From the NCBI GenBank assembly GCA_029907705.1, contig JARYLJ010000002.1, positions 8,373 to 72,372 on the forward strand: 64,000 nt of DNA, in the 5' to 3' direction. Within the stretch, counting starts at the first letter, position 1. Every line of letters starts with the position of its first letter. Shown piece by piece: positions 57,819 through 64,000 of the stretch. Both the position numbers and the translations under genes were made by a program. The notes beneath the pieces are model-generated. The model saw only the letters and a list, made by a program, of their open reading frames with translations. It did not search any database and was not told the origin of the DNA. The stretch comes from Methanomicrobiales archaeon (GTDB lineage: Archaea; Halobacteriota; Methanomicrobia; Methanomicrobiales; JACTUA01).

Positions 57819-58657
57819 CGATGCAGGGGGAGAGATTGAAGAAATCGGTCCGGGATAGGTATGGAAGAATCGCTCAAACAGAGGGGTCCTGCTGCGGGAG
57901 CACGCCGGGATGCTACAGCGGCATCGATCAGGCGAGGGATGTGGCCAGGAAGAATGGATATTCGGACGAGGATTTGAATGCCCTCCCTGATCGCGTGAAC
58001 CTCGGCCTCGGCTGCGGAAATCCGGTGGCACTCGCCTCCCTGCGAGAGGGGGAGACGGTCCTCGATCTGGGATCGGGGCCGGGATTCGACTGCCTGCTCG
58101 CTGCCCGAAGAGTGGGTGCTCGTGGTCATGTGATCGGCGTGGATATGACACCTGAGATGGTATTTCGCGCACGCGAGCATGCAGAAGAAGCCGAAATCAC
58201 GAACGTGGAGTTCAGGCTCGGCGAGATCGAACATCTTCCGGTCGCGGACAGTTCCGTGGATGTGATCATCTCGAACTGTGTGATCAATCTCGCAATCGAC
58301 AAAGGGCAGGTCTTTCGGGAGGCGTTCCGCGTGCTGAAACCGGGCGGGCGACTTCTCATATCCGATATCGTACTGCTCAGCCCCCTTCCAGAGTGCGTGA
58401 GAGGGTCTGTGGACGCATACACGGGTTGCATCTCGGGTGCGATGCTGAAGCAGGATTTCGTGGATGCCGTGAAAAAAGCCGGATTCCAGCATGTGGAGAT
58501 TCGGAAAGAGGTGCCATTCTCACTGGAATACGTGATCAGCGATCCATCCACATCGTCGCCCGTGACCCGGCGGATCCTGACAGAAGATGGGATCGGGGGG
58601 ACGGAGAAGTCCATCGCGAGCATCCATCTCTTCGGGAGAAAGGAAACGAATTCCTGA
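57815..58657 (+). CDS. arsM: arsenite S-adenosylmethionine methyltransferase
   Basis: Start moved to ATG 57815. SCCG, LGCGNP, VLDLGSGPG (SAM), SNCVINL and GCISGA motifs include the conserved As(III)-binding cysteines. Confidence 0.85.
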   Translation: MTMQGERLKKSVRDRYGRIAQTEGSCCGSTPGCYSGIDQARDVARKNGYSDEDLNALPDRVNLGLGCGNPVALASLREGETVLDLGSGPGFDCLLAARRVGARGHVIGVDMTPEMVFRAREHAEEAEITNVEFRLGEIEHLPVADSSVDVIISNCVINLAIDKGQVFREAFRVLKPGGRLLISDIVLLSPLPECVRGSVDAYTGCISGAMLKQDFVDAVKKAGFQHVEIRKEVPFSLEYVISDPSTSSPVTRRILTEDGIGGTEKSIASIHLFGRKETNS

Positions 58658-58736
58658 TATATTTCAGGGAATGGGGCAGGTAGAAAAAAGCAGAGGACTG
58701 CACCTGCCTCTCATGCACCCGGGATGAGGGATCTGC

Positions 58737-59093
58737 TCAATCCCCCAATCTGACGAGAATTCGTTCCCCCTCTATCTTCAGCTCGTGGGTCTTGAGCGGA
58801 TGCGGTGCCTTGAATAGTCTGGAGACAGACTGGATAATGCCCGACCAGTCGGTCCAGCGGACCACATGCCCGTCGCCGAGATCGAACTCGGAATGATGCC
58901 GGGGGCAGGTGACGATCGTACTCTTCAGTTCTCCTTTCGAGAGATCCCCACCAAGATGTGGGCATCGGGAATCTGCCGCATAGTAGCGTCCCCCTATACG
59001 GGCGACCAGGATCTCGCGTCCATCGACGTTCACCTTTTTCATTGCACCCTCCTCGAGATCGCGGGTGCTCATCACATCCCTGAATTCACTCAT
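58737..59093 (-). CDS. Rieske [2Fe-2S] domain protein
   Basis: 118 aa. CPHLGGDL ... CPRHHSEF ligand boxes. Confidence 0.85.
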   Translation of the reverse strand: MSEFRDVMSTRDLEEGAMKKVNVDGREILVARIGGRYYAADSRCPHLGGDLSKGELKSTIVTCPRHHSEFDLGDGHVVRWTDWSGIIQSVSRLFKAPHPLKTHELKIEGERILVRLGD

Positions 59094-59372
59094 GACAGCT
59101 CACAGGGAGAGGGTGGCAGTAAAAGATAAAAATATGATGGATATCGGGTCTGCCCAGGACAGGGATCTTCTATTTGAACATATTGGTCCAGGGTATCCTC
59201 TTCAGATCTGTATTGTGTGTATTTGGTGATATGTCAATTGAGGCACATATCAAAGATGCACTGATGCATCGGAGACATATAATGTCTGATTCCGGATCTT
59301 CACCCCTGTATCAGGAGATTCTGATCCGTCTTTCCCGTCTCTCTCGTTATCGAATGCCCCGGATCCCATCCT

Positions 59373-60317
59373 TCAGGCACACAGCCCCGCGATCCCCCTC
59401 ACGAGCTGCTGCGTCTCCGCCGGGGTCCCTGAGGTGTTCACGAGATATACATCGATATGCGAGAGCAGTTTGAGAAAGAAACTCTTTCGCAGCGCTTCCT
59501 TGAATGGATTTCTGATCAGAAGATGCGGATTGAAGTACGTGTGGGACTCCAGATGGTGCAACGCCTCCGATGGCTCCAGCTGACGGCAGCGGACAGGATC
59601 GCCTCGCCTCTCCAGCAGTATCATCGTCCGGAGCCGGGTGAGGGGCAGAATCCTTCCCTTCCCCACGACCCACCTGAGGTCCACGACCGCCCTCCCCTCA
59701 CCATCGAACTCCGCATGTTCTACGAGATCTTCGAATTCAGGCCAGATAGTGGCGAGATCCGCGCGGATATAGAAGTTCTTCTCGGAACCATAGGCGAGTA
59801 CATCCTTCCCGAACTCGCGGACGAAGAACCAGTCATCGGCGATGACATGCACCCGCTCGTCGCGAAGCATGCCGTAGGTATGTGTGGTCTTGCCAGCACC
59901 CGACGCCCCCACGATGCAGAGGCCTCCGCACCCGGTGTCGATACAGGCGCCATGAATAGAGAAGATGGAGTGTTCGTCCTCGAGGATGTCGCCGGCGACG
60001 CTCAGTGCGAGCGATTTTATCCAGCCATAATAGGTGATATTCAGGAGAAATGCGGTCTTCGATTGAGCATCGTACAGGACCGTATCCTTCGATTCACGGG
60101 GATCGTCCAGCACATAGAGGCGGCCATGCGATCTGATATTCTGGGACATCGCGAAGAAGTTCTCCTCCCACCGGTCCTTCACGATGCGTGCATCTGTCAG
60201 AAGCTTGATGCAGCATCCGTATATGTCCGATTTATGTTCGAATTTCACCAGGGGTGTATACCTCGACGCGATCTCCTCCTTCTCCTCGATCGTGATCGAT
60301 CTGACCGTATATACCAT
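59373..60317 (-). CDS. HprK/PEPCK-like P-loop kinase-family protein, function unknown
   Basis: 314 aa. IVGASGAGKTT Walker A followed by VIADDWFFV, as in HPr-kinase/PEP-carboxykinase-type nucleotide sites. Confidence 0.55.
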   Translation of the reverse strand: MVYTVRSITIEEKEEIASRYTPLVKFEHKSDIYGCCIKLLTDARIVKDRWEENFFAMSQNIRSHGRLYVLDDPRESKDTVLYDAQSKTAFLLNITYYGWIKSLALSVAGDILEDEHSIFSIHGACIDTGCGGLCIVGASGAGKTTHTYGMLRDERVHVIADDWFFVREFGKDVLAYGSEKNFYIRADLATIWPEFEDLVEHAEFDGEGRAVVDLRWVVGKGRILPLTRLRTMILLERRGDPVRCRQLEPSEALHHLESHTYFNPHLLIRNPFKEALRKSFFLKLLSHIDVYLVNTSGTPAETQQLVRGIAGLCA

Positions 60318-60539
60318 GCGATTCTGTTGGAGAGAAGAGGATTAAGCCTTTTTGGCCAGTAGAGAAGGAAAAGGGAAGGCAGGATCTCAGGGGAAGGAAC
60401 ATTGCCACCTCCGTGAATCGATCCCGGATGAACTCCCCATCAACCGGATAGACGGAAGGGGATACGTTCTCCTGTTGCGAGTAAAAGTACAGCGATAGTT
60501 TCGATGGTTTTTAGAACGTGTTGCACATCGATTTTCAAT

Positions 60540-60700
60540 ATGAAAATCAACTGCCTATCTGTTTTTTTGCATCGAACGCCCCAGGGGGCTCTGCATGGGC
60601 CTTCATCGTGAATCGGCCTGCGATTCTCGCGATGCAATCGCACGAATCCTGTATCGCACTTACTTTTACAATCAGAATCGTGAGAAGGATGAATCGCGTT
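60540..60700 (-). repeat. intergenic repeat family, copy D (inverted orientation)
   Basis: The reverse complement of 60570-60632 reads GAGAATCGCAGGCC...GGCCCATGCAGAGCCCCCTGGGGCGTTCGATGC and aligns with the cores at 23435-23500 and 63632-63700. 'agaatcgtgag' (60674-60684) matches the reverse complement of 'ctcacgatctc'. Confidence 0.65.
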
Positions 60701-60739
60701 GGAACAGGTTAATGTGAATACAGGTCAAAAGGGATCTCG

Positions 60740-61372
60740 ATGGTTCCCCTGATCCTCGATCTGAGAGGGAAGAAGGTGATTATCTTCGGAGGAGGAGCCG
60801 TGGGGGCGAGAAAGGCGCGCTTTTTCTACGGTGAGGCGATGATAAAGGTGATCAGCCGGACCTTCTCCCGCGAAATCGAGGGGATGGATCTGGAGAGGAT
60901 CTCTATCGACCTTTCTCTGGTGGACGATGAACGTCTCCGTTCTCTCGTCAGAGGTGCATCACTCGTCGTCGCAGCCACACCTGCAAGGGAGATCAATGAC
61001 CGGATCGGAAGGATTTGCCGGGAGCAGGGAATTCTCTTCAACAATGCGGACGGTGAGCCAGGCGATGCGATACTGCCTGCGGTGAGCGGGGGTCGGAATT
61101 ATCTCGTCGCGGTCACGACGTTCGGCAGGAGCCCGGCATTCGCGCGATATCTTCGAATGATCCTGGACGAACGTTCCCATGAGTTCGACATGATGATCTC
61201 ACTGCAGGAGCGCCTGAGAAGCTGGCTGAAGGCGCAGGAGCCAGATGGATTCAGGAGATCGCAGATCCTGCGTGCCGTGATCAGCGACCCGGATGTGTGG
61301 AACGACTTGCGAGAGGGTGAAGGGAAGGCGATGGACCGCGTGAAGGAGAGATACCTCGATGAATACGTCTGA
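60740..61372 (+). CDS. precorrin-2 dehydrogenase / sirohydrochlorin ferrochelatase (siroheme synthase N-terminal type)
   Basis: 210 aa. L.GKKVIIFGGGAVGARKA Rossmann start, typical of SirC/CysG-N. Confidence 0.85.
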   Translation: MVPLILDLRGKKVIIFGGGAVGARKARFFYGEAMIKVISRTFSREIEGMDLERISIDLSLVDDERLRSLVRGASLVVAATPAREINDRIGRICREQGILFNNADGEPGDAILPAVSGGRNYLVAVTTFGRSPAFARYLRMILDERSHEFDMMISLQERLRSWLKAQEPDGFRRSQILRAVISDPDVWNDLREGEGKAMDRVKERYLDEYV

Positions 61373-62672
61373 TTTCACGGTCAAGCCTGAACTGGCGTAC
61401 CATATCGAGATTGCCATCGCTTCGCTAAGCCACCACCATGCCCGCATACAGGAGATCGAATCATTTCGTTTTTCTGACGAGAAGAGTCTCCTCGAAAGAG
61501 CGAAGGGTATTTTCAAGGGTGTCTTGCTGCTCCAGACCTGTAACAGAGTAGAGGTGATCGTTCATGGGGGAATCGAGTTGCTTCAAAGCTTCCTGGAGGA
61601 AGAGGGCAGGTCAGGGCACAGGCTTCTGGAGGGGGAGGCAGCCCTCCGTCATCTCCTGGAACTCTCATCCGGTATGGACTCCATGATCGTCGGTGAGGAC
61701 CAGATCATCGGACAGATGAGGCAGGCGTTGAAACGGGCGGAAGAGGCAAAGTCAGTGGATCCGTATCTCAGAACATGTATGGAGAAGGCGATCCACGTGG
61801 GAGTCCTCGTCAGGCAGAGGACGAGGATCAATCGTGGTGCCGTATCCATCGGATCCGCTGCCGTGGAACTGGCAGAGAGACTCCTGGGCGGCCTGGAGAA
61901 ACGCCACATACTCGTGATCGGTACCGGTGAGATGGGCAGCCTCGTGGCAAAGGCACTGGCGGAGAGGGGGCTGTCCGCAATATATGTGGCGAACAGGACG
62001 TACGATCGGGCGGTCTCGCTCGCAGAGGAGATTGGAGGAAAGGCCGTCCGTCTCTCGGAGCTGTACAATTATATCAGACTATCCGACGTCGTGATCTCCT
62101 GCACCTCTGCACCGCACCCGATCATTTACAGGGAGAAGCTTCAGCCTGTAATGGAGGAGCGGAGATGGCCGCTGGAGAAGCATCCGAGGCCGCTCGTGAT
62201 CATCGATATCGCCCAGCCGAGGGATGCAGAGGAGGGGGTGCAGGAGATCGATGGTGTGCAGCTGTACACCATCGATGATCTCCGCTGCATCAGCGAGAAC
62301 AACCTGCACAGCAGGATGACGGAGATCGAGCAGGCGAGGGTCATCGTCGAGGACGAGCTTGCACACTGCAGGAGGCTGCTCGCGAGGAGTTCTGTCGAGG
62401 ACATCATCGCCTCCATTTACACATGGGCAGAGGCGATACGCGTGAGAGAGAAGGAAAGGGCGTTGCATCGTATGAGAAACTCGTCCGCTGCTCCCGAGGG
62501 GATACTGGATGACCTGACCATGGCACTCGTAAACAAGCTGCTTGCCGACGTGACCTATTCGATCAGGGAATGCGGGGAGAAGGGCGACCTGAAGGGGGCG
62601 GAGGCCATCCTTTTCGCCCTTACGAAGAGATCGAGGCCGCCAAGGGGAAGAAATTTTTTTAGAGCAGAATAA
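61359..62672 (+). CDS. hemA: glutamyl-tRNA reductase
   Basis: 437 aa. LLQTCNRVE active-site Cys motif and GTGEMG NADPH fold. Overlaps the previous gene by 14 nt. Confidence 0.95.
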   Translation: MNTSDFTVKPELAYHIEIAIASLSHHHARIQEIESFRFSDEKSLLERAKGIFKGVLLLQTCNRVEVIVHGGIELLQSFLEEEGRSGHRLLEGEAALRHLLELSSGMDSMIVGEDQIIGQMRQALKRAEEAKSVDPYLRTCMEKAIHVGVLVRQRTRINRGAVSIGSAAVELAERLLGGLEKRHILVIGTGEMGSLVAKALAERGLSAIYVANRTYDRAVSLAEEIGGKAVRLSELYNYIRLSDVVISCTSAPHPIIYREKLQPVMEERRWPLEKHPRPLVIIDIAQPRDAEEGVQEIDGVQLYTIDDLRCISENNLHSRMTEIEQARVIVEDELAHCRRLLARSSVEDIIASIYTWAEAIRVREKERALHRMRNSSAAPEGILDDLTMALVNKLLADVTYSIRECGEKGDLKGAEAILFALTKRSRPPRGRNFFRAE

Positions 62673-62789
62673 TAGCTTCAAATGCAGAAACATTTATAAT
62701 CAATTGAAACTTTTATTCACATAGTATCGATTGACATAGAATTCATGCCCGATATACACCCGAGCAGGGGAGGGAGAGGGGGTGGAGAG

Positions 62790-63284
62790 ATGTTTGACAG
62801 AGGAACGTTTTCCAGGAAGATGGAGGATGAGATCAACAGGCTTGAGAAGACTGCTTCGAAGCTGAAGGGTAAGGAGAAGGAATTGGTGCTGGAGATGGCA
62901 AAGACACTCCGAGTGGAACAGCGTCAGATTGGGTCCTCCCTCTTCGAAGAACTGGAATGGGATCAGGCGGCCATCATCAGATCTCTGAATGATATCGAAT
63001 CTGTGGTGGCAAATCTTGAAAAAGAGATGTCCGTTCAGAAAAACACCCATGCCCTGACGACGGTGGAGGCCGAGGATATCGTGAATAAATTCTTCGTCTC
63101 CTGTCAGGTGGCTGAAGATGCGATGAAGAAGGCATATTCAAGGGGCACAATCAGTTCGAAGCAGATGGATGATTTGAACGCACAGCTGAGGCAGCTCGTC
63201 CGCCGGATGATCCGGCTGTCGAAGAGATCGGAAACACTGCTCGACGCGATGCTCTATGCCCTCGAGGCAAAGATTGTCGCATGA
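62790..63284 (+). CDS. hypothetical coiled-coil protein
   Basis: Start preferred at ATG 62790, preceded by GGGGGTGGAGAG. Heptad-rich and charged. No family recognised. Confidence 0.5.
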   Translation: MFDRGTFSRKMEDEINRLEKTASKLKGKEKELVLEMAKTLRVEQRQIGSSLFEELEWDQAAIIRSLNDIESVVANLEKEMSVQKNTHALTTVEAEDIVNKFFVSCQVAEDAMKKAYSRGTISSKQMDDLNAQLRQLVRRMIRLSKRSETLLDAMLYALEAKIVA

Positions 63285-63419
63285 TATGTATTGCTGATGA
63301 TCGTTCGAATACACCCAAACACGATAGATAATGGATGGGTGCATGCCCTTCTCTATCGTTCTGCATGCTCTGATATCATGTCTTTTAGATCTTTTTATCC
63401 GAGAGGTTTCAGCGAGTCG

Positions 63420-63770
63420 CTTCTGTTCCCTGTCTTCCCGAGCACGCGTTTTCATCACGACATCGAAAAAAGTGCATCCGAGAATCGGGGACTCACGATC
63501 TCGTCCGTTTAACAGCCAGATCGAACGTTGTATCCACATGCATGTATTTTCAGGATGACAACCATACCGCACCACTTTCACCCTCTCCGTCCATGCGTGG
63601 GATCGCTGGAGGTTCGATCCGGGACAGGTCAGAGAATCGCACGCAGAGGCGCCGGCGCGGCGGGGGCGATGCCGTGCAGAGTCCCCTGGAGCGTTCATCG
63701 ATTGGCCGAGGGTCTAAAAATTATCCTTTTACCATCCAGAGTCAATTTTTTGCATCCTCTGAAAAACCAA
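63420..63770 (+). repeat. intergenic repeat family, copy C (longest)
   Basis: Contains all three modules seen in copies A, B and D, plus an extra roughly 70-nt insert (63530-63600). Further module fragments ('attctggccg') continue to the window end. Confidence 0.75.
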
Positions 63771-64000
63771 TCAATCGATATTGCATTTTTACTTGCATAA
63801 TGAGAAGACCCATTCTCCCGTCGTCATGATTCATCAGAGCATTTCTTTCTGAATCGATTCAGGTAAGGGTTCAATCGCGTTTTTACCGATGAACCGATCT
63901 CCTCGTGTTCTCCTCCGATCAGAAATGACATCCATCCTTCCGATTCTGGCCGGGAAGGCTCGTCGTGTGAGGTGAAACCGTCTGTCCATGAACGATTGGA

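Noticed and set aside
59120-59260. Possible C/D-box sRNA (ATGATGG ... CAGA) between the Rieske and HprK-like genes
   Set aside because: The C box is imperfect, and no proper CUGA D box or terminal stem lies at the right spacing.

Overview
This is a 64-kb chromosomal window from a high-GC methanogenic archaeon. Gene content and order suggest Methanomicrobiales, which is an inference and was not checked by search. It is mostly housekeeping. It holds the fwdBAC formylmethanofuran dehydrogenase genes, both proteasome subunits and aCPSF1. It also carries the archaeal information-processing superoperon (pfdB-pcc1-rpoP-rpl37ae-sdo1-psmA-RNase P proteins-rpl15e), which here has no exosome genes. Other core genes are valS, tmk, guaB, mfnB, pyrBI, moaC, trm1, trmI, hemA/sirC, lipid prenyltransferases and 4 tRNAs, one of them an intron-containing tRNA-Tyr.

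I call about 75 protein genes. Several starts differ from the ORF track, and I add three ORFs under 60 aa that the track missed: Sec61-beta, RpoP and a fwdC-coupled zinc ribbon.

The observations most worth a second look:
1. A modular, multi-copy intergenic repeat family has at least 4 clear copies plus diverged fragments. It fills nearly every long spacer and shows hairpins with compensatory changes.
2. An orphan two-repeat, one-spacer CRISPR-like unit (30-nt repeat, 36-nt spacer) sits next to a tRNA pair and a very AT-rich 170-bp block.
3. A MenA/UbiA-like prenyltransferase, NirJ/AhbD-like radical-SAM/SPASM and polyprenyl synthase operon has homopolymer frameshifts in its first two genes. 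It lies beside a truncated ABC ATPase fragment.
4. A tightly overlapped operon encodes a gamma-CA-like protein, a short HdrA-like flavoprotein, an MtnA/eIF2B-like isomerase and a DUF116 protein.
5. A sulfur-trafficking cluster combines a split YeeE/YedE, an MBL-rhodanese fusion and a DASS/TrkA-C transporter.
6. A Cys-rich AbrB-type regulator is translationally coupled to arsM.

All functional calls rest on my recognition of the translated sequences. No database search was run.
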